Of a stretch of DNA of 20,000 bases, positions 1-11,600 are shown in pieces. The notes under the pieces were generated by a model, which did no database searches, had not been told where the DNA came from, and saw nothing but the letters and a program-made list of their open reading frames with translations. The stretch spans positions 55,409 through 75,408 of the forward strand of contig JALAGF010006677.1 in NCBI GenBank assembly GCA_030167865.1, written 5' to 3'. The first letter of the stretch is position 1. Each line of letters opens with the position of its first letter. Source of the stretch: Craspedostauros australis. Lineage: Eukaryota. Both the position numbers and the translations under genes were made by a program.

Positions 1-789
1 ATTGGTGGCAGCATCAAGATACAAGCTGGCAGCGACCTCAACGAAGTCGCCGGTCACTGCAGGTACATGCACGAATGGGCCAAAGCGCACAATCAGATCA
101 CGGCTCTCAACTTTGCCTGCGTCAACCGCGTTTTCGTAGAAGTGCTGGTGGGGCAGCGGAAGTACCCTCTGGACATGGAACGTGCTGTCAAGGAGTTGGG
201 AGGCGAAGACTTGAACACGGACGTCCCAGTTGTCCAATGCGGCATCAACTGCACCATGCTCACGCTTCACTACATGTTTGGAGACTTTAAGGCGGCTGAA
301 AGCTGCTTTCAGAAATCCGCCAAAGAGGAGCTGCGCGAGTTCGGCGTGGCCCTCGGCTGGACATACGAAGCTCTGACCCGGCTGGCACTCGCCAGACAGG
401 GCATCAAGAAACGAAAGCACATCCGCAAGGTCCTTAACATCGTCAAGAATCTGAAGCACGTTTCTGCCAAGTGCCCCGAGAACTTTGCTGACAAACTGTT
501 CCTGGTTCAAGGGGAATTGGCATCGGTGCTGGGGAAGCATGAGAAGGCCTACAGCAAGCTCACCTACGCCGCGTCTCTGGCAGGGTCCTCCAATTTCCTA
601 GATTTCGAGGCGTCGGCAAATGAACGGCTTGGATGGCACATTGCTCGCCAGCACAATCCGAATCTGACGCACGCCAAAACGTTCTTCGACAAGGCCATCA
701 GCGGTTATGAAAAGTGGGGCGCATCCGCCAAGGCCGAGCACTTGCGCGACGAGGTGTCATCAGTGATCGGCATCACGCACCGAACGTAG
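1..789 (+). CDS. C-terminal part (5'-truncated by window) of a helical/TPR-like protein of the COG3899-type AAA-ATPase family
   Basis: Frame 1 is open from base 1 to TAG at 787-789. It carries 'CPENFADKLFLVQGELA', 'EASANERLG' and 'AISGYEKWGASAKAEHL', which resemble the C-terminal P.NF..K..L..AE / A.A.E..G / Y..WGA.AK motifs of this family. Confidence 0.75.
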   Translation: MGGSIKIQAGSDLNEVAGHCRYMHEWAKAHNQITALNFACVNRVFVEVLVGQRKYPLDMERAVKELGGEDLNTDVPVVQCGINCTMLTLHYMFGDFKAAESCFQKSAKEELREFGVALGWTYEALTRLALARQGIKKRKHIRKVLNIVKNLKHVSAKCPENFADKLFLVQGELASVLGKHEKAYSKLTYAASLAGSSNFLDFEASANERLGWHIARQHNPNLTHAKTFFDKAISGYEKWGASAKAEHLRDEVSSVIGITHRT

Positions 790-1513
790 GCTCGACGGCA
801 AGCACCACGATGGAAGAGAGGATGTCGCAAACCTGGCGTCCTATCATGACTAATAACGAAGGCTTCAGAATGATATGGTATTAGAGTACAGTTGATTAGA
901 GTATTGTGGCTCATTCTATGACTTGGTAGGGATGCAGAGGCAGCCAGCACGTGGTGTTGGTGCAGTGCGAGAACGTGGCTTCCATGAATTCGTCAAGATG
1001 TCTCAGCATGTATCATACGTTCGAGTATTCTTTGGGTATTCCAGCCATGTTCTGCTTCGGTGAGGTTTCCAGTAGTCTGCATCTGTGATGCCATCTCTTT
1101 GGGTGCAATACCATACATACTTCTACTTGTATTATAGAATATAATATAATACTTGTACTCGTGAGTGCTCTAAACTACGGGTGTGGTCGATGCATTGGTT
1201 GCAGTTGTTGTTGCACGATTCGGATTGGATGGAGTCCATCAAATTTGCGGCTTTAGCTGTTGTTTGCAATGCCAAAGGAAGAGAGCGTGGGATGGGCATC
1301 GTTCTCTATTTCTACCTCGAATGTGTGCCCGGAGGGGAGAACGTCGCAGGCGCATTCCAGGAGGATGGACCATTTTCTCTTCTGATGTTGAGCAACCCCA
1401 TTTCCCAAACCAGATTGTATCAATTGCGCAGGCACATATTGTACGAGGACATCGATCAATCTACTCCATCCGTCAACGCCCCCCATTCCCGCTGGCTGTT
1501 GATTCTGCAGCTG

Positions 1514-2737
1514 CTACTGATGCTGTTGTTGCTGTTGTTGTTCGTGCAATTGCTGTTCCCGTTCTTTTCTGTCATGCTCATCGGCCTCCTCCTTCGACAC
1601 AACCCCGAGCTGTCTATGGTATACGAGCCAGCCTGGCGGATAATCCTCATCATTCAAAAATGCCGGTTCCAGCTCAGTATTCTCGTCATCGTCATCATTG
1701 AGGAAGGTGTTCAGCGTGTCGAGGCTATCGAACGAAGAGGCCCGCTGCCGCGGCTTGTACTCAATCTCTCCCAACCCCGGTAACGAAGTCTGTCGTTGCG
1801 GACGTCCTCTCTCTTGCTGCAGTGGCTGCTCTTGTTCAATTGGCGGCTGATCATTGATGCAAGCATCGGGGTTGCTGTTCTGATGCTGCAGGATATTGCG
1901 TCGCAACCGCCGTCGTCTCGCATTTCGGCTCTTGCCGGGTGCAGCAATCGCTGCTGTGCCGTTGCTGGAGCGATTGAGTTGCGCGGCAGTAGCACCTTCG
2001 TCGTCCGCGCCGGCACCATCCCGTGCATGCTGCGCTTGACGTTGCCGCTGTCGCTGCTTTTGCTGCCGTTGCTTTTGCTGCATGGCCTTGCTGGCTGATC
2101 CACGGCCCCGCATTTTCCGCGGCCGCCTTCGAGACCCTCTGCGACCTTTGCGGCCGTCGTTCGCATCGTCGCCATCCTCGTCACCACCGACCAACGGTGG
2201 CAGGCCGTTGATGGAGGATGCCGACGACGAATCAAAGGAATGCAGACGCCGCCGTCTCGTGGTGGAGAATGTGCCATCGAAGTCGGGATCGTCGTCGTCA
2301 TCATCGTACTGCGCATTGTGCAGTCCCATGAATCCACCGATGGTGCGAACGCCCTCCATCGTCGAGTGGTAATTCCCACGCAGCCAGGCGAGAGTCTCCA
2401 TGAGCAGGATCGCCAAGGTATGCCACAGTCCCTCCGTCTGGTAACATTCGTACCATATCTGCAAGCTGGATCGATAATGCACGACCAAAACGACGAGGAT
2501 GGCAATGGCAAAGGTCGTCTTGGAATCCGGATTCATGATGCTATTGAGCAGGTTCCAAATGTACATCGAGGAATCCTGAGTATCATCGTAGTTGTAGTAC
2601 TGCTGCTGGTGATAGAAGTCCTGCCTCTCACGGTAGATATTGTGGGAGGTGGCCGACGAGTACAGCTCGTCATCGTAGGCCCTGCTGCCACCGCCCGGAG
2701 TGCCGCTGGGACTCCGAGTGCTGTACAAGGAATCCAT
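1514..2737 (-). CDS. Hypothetical 407-aa protein with 1-2 N-terminal hydrophobic segments, basic/Q-rich low-complexity middle and a short ordered C-terminal motif
   Basis: Long ORF with hydrophobic segments 'FAIAILVVLVV' and 'LWHTLAILLMETLAWL', acidic, basic and polyQ tracts, and the ordered motif 'LEPAFLNDEDYPPGWLVYHRQLGVV'. Confidence 0.7.
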   Translation of the reverse strand: MDSLYSTRSPSGTPGGGSRAYDDELYSSATSHNIYRERQDFYHQQQYYNYDDTQDSSMYIWNLLNSIMNPDSKTTFAIAILVVLVVHYRSSLQIWYECYQTEGLWHTLAILLMETLAWLRGNYHSTMEGVRTIGGFMGLHNAQYDDDDDDPDFDGTFSTTRRRRLHSFDSSSASSINGLPPLVGGDEDGDDANDGRKGRRGSRRRPRKMRGRGSASKAMQQKQRQQKQRQRQRQAQHARDGAGADDEGATAAQLNRSSNGTAAIAAPGKSRNARRRRLRRNILQHQNSNPDACINDQPPIEQEQPLQQERGRPQRQTSLPGLGEIEYKPRQRASSFDSLDTLNTFLNDDDDENTELEPAFLNDEDYPPGWLVYHRQLGVVSKEEADEHDRKEREQQLHEQQQQQQHQ

Positions 2738-3672
2738 CGTGTGTGGTGCCTGTTGGTGCGAACTGGGGACGGATGGTCTCTAGTCAGACTGCTGGTTTGC
2801 CTCAAGTCGTGCGTCTCTCTGCTCGTATGCTGGCATCCGCGAGTGTTTTTGTTCTTGTTGTTGTTCTTGTTATTGGTGCAAATGAGTGTGATGGTATGAA
2901 TACTGGTGCTCCTGTCAGTGTGGTATTACACAAACGAGTGTGATGGGAGCTGTTCGAAGAGAGCAATGCTGTGTGTTCCACAAGAAGGAAGCTGAGAGAG
3001 ATCCCCGACTCCACTGTCAAATGCTGCCTGTGGATGCCGATAGAAGCTGTCCGAAGAGCGTGGAGAGAAGGATTAGGTCTGTTCACAGACTCTATTATAT
3101 TATCATATATGATGATGCTCTCTTTGCTTCTCTGCACTGTCGTGATGTGGCAAACAGGAATCAAGGCGATGAATGCTTCCTCATGCGCACAAGCAGTCGT
3201 ATTTGCGGGTTGCAACAGAGGGACACGTGTGCGCTTCTTCCTCGAATCGACACGAGTCTTTTCTCTGGGAGGGGTGTTGTCGCCAAACACTGCGCGCACC
3301 TGTGTGCGTTTGTGTGCGTGAGAGACCATGACCAACTCCGGTCACAACAACGAGCAAAACATCATCCGAACCGTTTCGTTTCTACTCCCGCGGGACTGGT
3401 ATTCTTCAGCACCAAAATCGTTCGAATCTGCCTGGCGCCCCTCCGAACCTCCGTTGCGCATCCTTCACTCATTCCTCACCAACTCGCCAAGCGCATGGAG
3501 AGCAGAGCAGCGCACTCGAGAGCATAGTTAGACCATGGACTCCTGCATAAATTCACAGATCTTACCACTCTACTTTTACATTCCATTACCCGAAATCGTA
3601 TTCCGCAAGGTCTGTCCTGATCCCCGATCACTCTCAACGTGGTACTGCGAATGCTTCGCACTCTGTCTCGCT

Positions 3673-4707
3673 CTACCGCCTTCGGCGAGTGGTGAACATG
3701 CTGCGCATTTTGCGTCCCATCTTGCGATCGCTAGCTGACGATGCCTGTTTCGCAGCCCTCGGCTTGGCCCGCTGCGCTTTCTTTTCCACGTCTGCGTCCG
3801 CCTTCCGCGTCTGCTCCTGCTTCAGTTGGTCCAATTCGGCCATGGTTTCCTGCAGCTCCTCTTCCAGCGACGCGATCTCCTCCTCGTATTCCTCATTCTC
3901 CTTCGTCAGCTGCTTCATGGCCATCGACTGCACGCGGCACTGCAAACGCGATTGCTGCAGCTGTTTCCCGTACTTGGACGCCACGTCGCGTTCCCGTTCG
4001 TCGGCGGCCTCCACGGATGCAGTCGCGATCTGAATGCGTTCCTCCAGATCGGCCTGCAGCGTTTTCTGAACCTGCACTGCTTGATCCAGAGCCTTCTTGC
4101 GCTGCTCCAGGTCCTCGAACCGCTCCATCGAACGGTTGTTTTGCTCCATCAATTCGGCATTCGTCTGCTGCAGCTCTTCGTTGTCTTTCTCCAGCCGATC
4201 TATGTCGGCGTCCCGTCTTTGCATCAAATGCTGCGCTTTCTTCGTACTGCGGCGTTCCGTCTCCAGCATCTTCTCCAATTCATCCACCTTTTGACGACGT
4301 TGATTCTTATCTTCTTCCATCTGAGATTCCAGCTGCTCTATGCGTAGAGTTTGGCGTTCCATCTCCTCCCCATGCCGTGCCTGCTGTTCATCTTGCTGAA
4401 CGAGAAGCGCGGTGGCATTCTGCTGCGACTGCTCCAGCTGCGCCTTGAGTTCCAAAACGACCTGCTCCAGTATGCTCAACTTTGCCTGCAGTACTTTGTT
4501 TGAACCCTGCTGATCTGGAGACACCGTGCCATCCTCGATCTCTGTTGGTGACACCGCCTGCAGTGACCTCCGCGATGTTCGGATGCTGCTGCGGATCAGC
4601 ACCGGGCTGCGAACGAAGGATGACACATGACCCAGAAGTAACTGCATCAGGAAGACGCGCGCCAGGATTATCCACAACCCGACGCTTGCTGTATTTGAAG
4701 GCGCCAT
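3673..4707 (-). CDS. Plastid-targeted coiled-coil protein (likely start at Met 4707, not the ORF-track start 4779)
   Basis: Signal peptide 'MAPSNTASVGLWIILARVFLMQLLLGHVSS' followed by 'F' at +1 and an S/R-rich transit peptide 'FVRSPVLIRSSIRTSRRSLQA' (ASAFAP-type bipartite signal). The remainder is E/Q/K/L-rich coiled coil. Confidence 0.75.
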   Translation of the reverse strand: MAPSNTASVGLWIILARVFLMQLLLGHVSSFVRSPVLIRSSIRTSRRSLQAVSPTEIEDGTVSPDQQGSNKVLQAKLSILEQVVLELKAQLEQSQQNATALLVQQDEQQARHGEEMERQTLRIEQLESQMEEDKNQRRQKVDELEKMLETERRSTKKAQHLMQRRDADIDRLEKDNEELQQTNAELMEQNNRSMERFEDLEQRKKALDQAVQVQKTLQADLEERIQIATASVEAADERERDVASKYGKQLQQSRLQCRVQSMAMKQLTKENEEYEEEIASLEEELQETMAELDQLKQEQTRKADADVEKKAQRAKPRAAKQASSASDRKMGRKMRSMFTTRRRR

Positions 4708-5327
4708 GGCGATGGATTGAGACTCGCGGCAAGTAGTGTGCTCTTTTGGTAATAGGTATTCTATGTCACTTCTCTGCACTCACTGCGATGATGGGAGATC
4801 TACGTTGCGATCGCTGGGAGATCCTTTCCTGGCTTCTTTCTATTCTATGCCTGACGACGAGTGACTGACGACCGGCGTTCCTCCTTTCCCTCGTTCTAAT
4901 GCAACTGTGCTTCGGTATAGAATGGTGGAGTGGTACGACTATAGTACGACTGCGACTAGTCGTACAACTACGACCTATTCTATGAGTATGTGTCTCCCTC
5001 TGTGTGCCCCCTGTCCGAGTGTTGTTCTTGTGCTGCTTCTACTTCGCAGGCATCAGTGATGTGTTCTGCTGACACAAACAAGATACCATCGTCGCGCTCG
5101 TTGCACACTTGTGTGTTGGTGTCAACTTCGGCCCATAACCCAATACATCGTGAATGAACGGTTGACACGAATCAATTCCGATCGTGTGAGATGGAATCTC
5201 CATCCCACTCACGGACGGAATCTGAACGCACACACACAATACAAGATTGGGACTTATTCTGTCCTGGAACAGGAACGCAAAAAAAGTCAACCTCCGTGTT
5301 GTTGGTGGTCGCCATTTCTTTTGCGTG

Positions 5328-5430
5328 GTGTGTGTACCTGCGCTACCTGCGCGTGTACAACAGCGTTGTTGTGTGTTGTCTGCGTGTCTGCGTGTTGTCT
5401 GTGCGTTGTCTGTGTGCTGTTTGTGTGCGG
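5328..5430. repeat. Degenerate TG-rich low-complexity tract upstream of the PHD gene
   Basis: Imperfect repeats of GTTGTCTG/GCGTGT/TGTGTG with very few A residues on the + strand. Confidence 0.5.
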
Positions 5431-5624
5431 GTATTCGTATTCTTGTCACAGAGCGTGGTAATCGTACGCGTGTGGTGGAGTTACCGTTCATGGGAGAGAA
5501 AAACACCAAACAACGAAACCCAGCCCGTTGTTTTTGCTCGCATGTGCTTGCACAACATCATTTTCGGATCAGGGAAGAAGAAACGAAACCAAAAAAGGCC
5601 AACAGCAGGAAGAGGCAAAGAACC

Positions 5625-8600
5625 ATGGGGCGTCCACCGGGTTCGAAGCGGTACATCCGCGAAGATGCCAAGCAACCGGCTGCATCACCGGCAGCAAACG
5701 GAAAAGGAGGAAACGGTGGCGGAGGAAGGAGTGTTGCGCAAGACAAGGAGACCTATCCTCGAAGAAACCCTCGCTTGGGAACCAACTTTCAAACGAAGGT
5801 GCCAAGCTGTGTTGGCGGCAGCAGCTCTGCCACCGACGCAGATCAGGATGAAGGAGGACGCAGACCAGCGCCGGATCTCATGTCAGGAACGCACCCCTTT
5901 CGAACGGCGGAGGAGATGGATGTCATGAACGATGGCGTTGCTTCCAAGAGTGAGTGCAACCTACGAAACCGTTGAAGAAACGAAAGACAACCCAAGCATG
6001 GGAACGATGTCGTCTCGAACCATCATCATCATCATGATGGCTGTGACGACGTGGAAGGAGCAGCCCGTCCAAACGAGTGAGACGAATCATTCTCAAAGCA
6101 GATCATATCACATGCATGCGTGCAGCGACAGCCAATCCCTCGGCACAGGAGATGCTCCAAAGCAGATCCGTGCACAAGCGAACCTATCCATCACTTGCAA
6201 AGGATTGGTCATGATGAAGCATGCCACATCATCCAATCCAACTCAACCAAGTGACCGAGGGATCATTCTGCGAAGCAAGGGATTGGCTCGGCAGTACCAT
6301 GCATGGGAGAGACGGAAACTGCCGAAAGGATGGAGTTCGTGATGCTGCCAATCGATCCGTTCGCGCAGCTATCGCCCCCCTGCGGCCAAAACGTTGACTT
6401 CACTCACACTTGCCATCTTTGTTTGGACCATTGCTTGAACATGAACGGAATACCACCTTCCACACTTGCTCGCCTGCTTGCCGCACCATACTCACCATCC
6501 TCGCCTCCATCTCCTTCCATCATTCCATGCGGAACACCTGCTCTCAAAGCCAACGCAACAGGATCCTCTCCAGCCGGCACAAGAAGGACAACAGCGGACG
6601 AGGCGCTCAGAGGCATCGTTGTTGGTGATGGTGAACATGGTGGTCGTGTCGCGTGTCGGATTAGTCGACAAAATCAGTCGTCGATTCCAATGACTCAAAC
6701 ACGAACTGGTGGCATCCTCACACATTCCGCTGAAAACCATGTCCATCATCACCGCTTGCCACAACATGTCCACGAAACCTTTCTTTCTTCTTCTTCTTCT
6801 CTTTCGGCTGTAGCAACAACAGCAGCAACAACTGAAAGCGCATCTTCACATTCGAGTGACGGCGGCTTGGATCCAAGCAGACAGTTTGCAAAGTTCGTCC
6901 AACCCCTCTTCCAATCTTTCGACAGCCAACCAACACGAAGCGCTCATGATGTGACGGAAAGCGTGCAGCACATGATACGGCTGCATGCGCAAGCAACTCC
7001 AGCCAAGCGTAGTCGAGGTCCACGCGGTCGCAAGCGTAACGTGTGGGAGACCCAGCCGAAGTCCAATGGGATCGATGATCTGGAACAAGTGTGGCGACAG
7101 AAGCGAAGGCGGAATCTGCAACATCATCTCAATCAGCAGACCGGCTCGCAGGAGGATGACAGCTCCGCGCTGGCCTACTTGTGCGCATCGCATGGGGGTG
7201 ATGCGACGCAGGCAGAGCTTGCCACCATGGTACAGCTATTGGGAGGAAAAGGTAAGCATCTGGCGTGCACCCGTCCGTGTGTCTGAAGTCTGCTCCAACA
7301 ACTTTGGTTTTGTGACACTCTCTTTGAGATGGAAGGGGTGCGAGAATTAGAGTGTGTGCCCTATTCATTCTTCTGCAACGCACACCCACATGCGTATGTT
7401 ACTGGCATTCGTCCACATATTCACCTCCTCTGCGCTTCGTTCATATATTCCTTCATTCCTTCATCCATCTCGAGCAGCATCCAAAACGAGGAAACTACGG
7501 GAGAGGAGGCGCTGGGACGAAGGAATCAAGTTGCCACTCACATCGTCGGAGTCATGGAGAATACGTTACGACAATCACCACGAATCATTCTTGGGGCAGG
7601 TGCAGGAGGATGGCGCGTCTCCCAGATATCGTGCTTGGCCCACTGGGAAGGCTCAGGCAGGGACGGACTCTTTCTTCATGGATATGGAGTCGGCGGATGC
7701 AGAGGAAAGGAAGGGCGCGTGGAGATCAGTGCATGCATTCGGAGCAGCGCTGGAGCACCAATTGAACGATGAGTCCACCGCGTCTCAGCAGAAGCCGTTC
7801 CTTTCCACAGCCATGACGTACATACAGACAGCCCGCGATTTGCCCATTCCAGAATCCTGCTTTGGAACAAATCACGTCATGGTGGAAGAAGTGGCATCCT
7901 GCATGCATTCCATCCTCGATCGCATCGACGACCTACGCGATGCCCGATGCCGAATACTGGACATGCTGTACGACGAAGACTGCGAAGGAGTTGATGTGGA
8001 TGCTCTTCAAAAGTGCATGAACCAAAACATCAAGTCACTCCCACTCCATCTCGATGAGGAACACGCCATCACGCAGTTTTGCGACTCCGTGAAGACCTGG
8101 GAACGCAAGGTAGCAGCAACACTTGATGCAAAGCAATCCACAGGCAAAGGAAAGTCGTCGAACAAGACGGAGAGAGACGATTTGGGAAACGCTCAACGGT
8201 TGCTGGCAGAAGCGCGTATGCACGCCTTTCGTTCAAAAGCCGTGGTGCAGCTCGAATCGAGGGTGGAGAAGGCCTGCAAGATCCGAGATAGAATCAACGA
8301 ATGGGACATCGCCTGCAATATTAGCAGCGGCAACAACGTCAACAGCAGCAACGGCAATAGTAACAGCAACAAATGGTCCATCAAAAACATCGCCGGTGTT
8401 ATCCGGGAGGCCAATCGATTGAAATTCATGTTCCCCGTGCTCAGTAAGCTCACCCAGATGCATAGAGAATGCGAATGCTGGATCGACCGAGCCAACATCG
8501 CCATCCGGTCCAGAATATCGCTGTCAGAAATCAAGCAACTGGTGGCGCGTGGTCAGGAAATGCCCGTCGACGTCTCGGACTACATCGAAAAGCTCGTGGC

Positions 8601-11600
8601 CCGAGCAGACGACGCCGACGAATGGATAAGCCATCTGGATGGTGTCGTGCCCGTGTCGAAATTCAACACCCAGAATGCCAAGATCCTGATATGGATGCAG
8701 GAAGTTCGTAAGGCTCTGAATGATGGTTCACACGGCGTCCTCCACGAAATGGCATCCAAGGGGAGCAGAATACCTGTCGAAGTCGACCTCGTCAAGTTGC
8801 TCCAGGCAGAACTCGATGCCAGGAGCTGGACAGGCAAGGCGAGGAAATGGATTCCAACAGAAGGCGCTGAAGGCGTCGTGTACCGCAGAGGCAAAATCGA
8901 CGATCTGAGGGATCACATCACGAAAGCGGATACCATCCGCGATCGGCTGCCCCTGCCAACCTCCATCCGTTCGAAGTGGACGATGGATGGAGAGGAGGAG
9001 CTGTGCGCGATCATAGACGCAGCAGACGAATGGTACGAGAAGCACCAAGCCTTTCTGGAGGGCGACAACCGAAGGGCGCGGCGGAGGCACCGGTTGTCCA
9101 TCACGAAACTGAAGGAGATCAGCCAAGAGCTGAATGACATTTTTGTGAATGTGGGCAACATCGGCATGAAAGTTACCAGAATTCAAGCGCAAGCCGAGGC
9201 CTGGTGCAATGAACATTCTTCGGTGCTCACGGCGTGCGGTATCATGCCGGCCAATATCGCCATGGACAGCAACGACGGTAAGGAGAAGGACATCTCCAGC
9301 AACAACAACGGCAACAAGGTCAGCGTCGATGAAATTTCAACCGCCGTCACGTCTGCCGCATCGGACCTTCCTGTGGATTTGGACGAGGCGATGGAACTGG
9401 AGGCAATCTTAAAGAATGTCAAGGAGTGGCAGCAAACCTCGTCCATCTTGGCACCCCTTCGCGCCAACAAGCGGCAAGGCAAGATTTCCCGGCAGCGTTT
9501 CACCATGCAGGACCTGGAGGATGCAATCGACCAAGCACCTTCTCTTCCCGTCAACACGGTGGAAGAAGTTGGTCGCCTTCAAGAGCGATTGCATGCCATT
9601 GCTCAATGGAAGGAAGCCGTTGGTGAACAGTTCAAGAAGCTTCCCAGGGGCTTCGATCAGCTCAGAGAGGCCATCAACGATACTTTTGGGTCAGCTCATG
9701 ACTTCGACCAAAGCAAGGTGTGCACGCCAAGTGACAAGGCTGCTACTGCTGCTGCTACTGCTGACAACATGGAGACACAGGACGCTTCTCTCAAATCTAC
9801 CCGTGCCCCCGAAACAGCAACAGAAGCAGCATCATCAGCGGCAGTGACCGCGACTGTGACAAATGCCGAAAACAACGTCAACAGCGCCAATGGCAACAGC
9901 AGCGGCAACACAACCACTGACGACATGGAGACCAGCAATGGTGAAGGTGACGACGATGACGACGACGGTGATGGGGCTGGCGAGACCAATGTGCACAGCA
10001 TGATCCGTTCGCTTGTTGATGGCAGCTATCAAACTTCTGTGACAACAGTCGAGAGCGATGCCATCGAACTCCTGGAGAATGTGTCCAACTGGTGCATCCG
10101 ATCGCTCAAGTACTTGAATTCACCGCGTGAGATCTTTGACAAGCGCTACTTTGGTGCGTTCGATCGATTCGTCAAGGAGGGCAAAGCTCTGCTCAAGAAG
10201 TCCAAGAGCTCCATCGGAAATGATGGGAAGAAATCTGGCAACTGCAACGGTGCTGACAACGGCCTTGCGACAGAAGCATTCGCGCAAGAAACCAAGCTCC
10301 GCGAGAGCTGGGGTGCAATCTTGGATGATCAGCTCAAGCGGTTGGCGCATTTGGATGCGGAACGAAAGAAGTTCGTCATCTGGTGCAAGGTTGCCAGCCA
10401 AAGGATGGCCGACGTCAAACGTCTCACCATCGAGAGGCTGCGAGACCTCGACACCGCAAGTCGCGATTTCCCAGCAGGTATGTAAGAAGTGACATTGTGG
10501 AGATTGTAAGGGCCTGGTGGTCGGGTGGTATGATTATTCTTGTTGTGATATTTGTGCAGTTTGGAAAATGGGATGAGAATCCAACATCCTGCAGTTCTGG
10601 ACGTCATTCTCATCAGCTCACTCTTCTTGTATGTGTTGGTACCATACGATGCTGTATCTTGCCTACTACCACTCCCCCACTGCTCCACAAATACCGGTGC
10701 GGAATTCGTTTGATTCATTCAGTCACTGATATCGTGCAAAAGGTTCGCGCGCTTTCTGTCAAGGCAACTGCGTGGATCAACAAGGCAAAATCCTTGCTCG
10801 AAAGCGACGACAAGATGTCCATATACGACGCAAAGATCATCTTGGAGGCTGGAGAGAAGCTGAAGGTCAAATCGGCGGAACTGGAGACGCTGCAGGCCGC
10901 ATTCAAGGAAGTCCGCGCGTGGTCAACTCGATTTCGAAAGTGCAACCTCGAGGATGACTCTCCCGATATGGCCGAGATCCAGTCCTTGATCGCGGAACAC
11001 GACAAGCTGAAGCTGGTGATGCCAGACGAACTGGACGAACTCAAGCAGGCCATGAAGGTCTATTGCGTGTGCCGACGATCGCACGAGGGCTTCATGATTG
11101 GATGCGATCAGTGCGACGAGTGGTACCACGGTGCGTGCATCGGGATTACAGAATCGAGAGCGGATCGATATGAAAAGTTCGTCTGTATGCGATGTTCCGT
11201 CAAGAAGGTATTCACCACAAGCTGCACAAACGCCGTGAGCATCGTGCGGAAGTGGACAAGCTGGAAAGAGTTGAAGAAACGCCGGCAGGCGGAGGCGCAA
11301 CGGCATCAACGCAAGACACGGAAGGAGATGAAGGACATCGAAACCATGAAGAAGAACTTGGAAGACGCCGAGGCACAACTAGTCGCACTGTCGCGAAGAA
11401 TAGAAATGAGCGAAGGGGAACCAAACACACCACAATCCGCGGGACCGGCAGAGGTAGTAGTGCAGCTGGCTGTCCCGCCAGCGAGTGAGCCAATGATCGT
11501 GGGCGAGCCTGATACAGGAAAATTGACATCACCACCACTGCCGCCACCGCAGACAACAAGCGCAGGTGACGCAGCGCTTGCCCTTGTGCCAGCACAGCAG

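Noticed and set aside
1181..2899. Several + strand ORFs (1181-1783, 1183-1701, 2240-2899)
   Set aside because: Antisense shadows of the Q/D/R-rich minus-strand gene (poly-L/V from CAG/GAC repeats), with no motifs.
2802..3661. ORFs of 60-195 aa between genes 2 and 3
   Set aside because: No recognisable motifs. They are overlapping frames in probable UTR/promoter DNA.
5191..5624. Upstream extensions of ORFs 5191-5928 and 5247-5975
   Set aside because: C/V-rich translation of the TG-rich low-complexity tract. ATG 5625 (ACCATGG) is the more credible start.
10383..10722. N-terminal 113 aa of the 1479-aa ORF as a separate gene start
   Set aside because: Explained by the open phase-1 intron 10478-10722 linking it to the 7354-10485 ORF.
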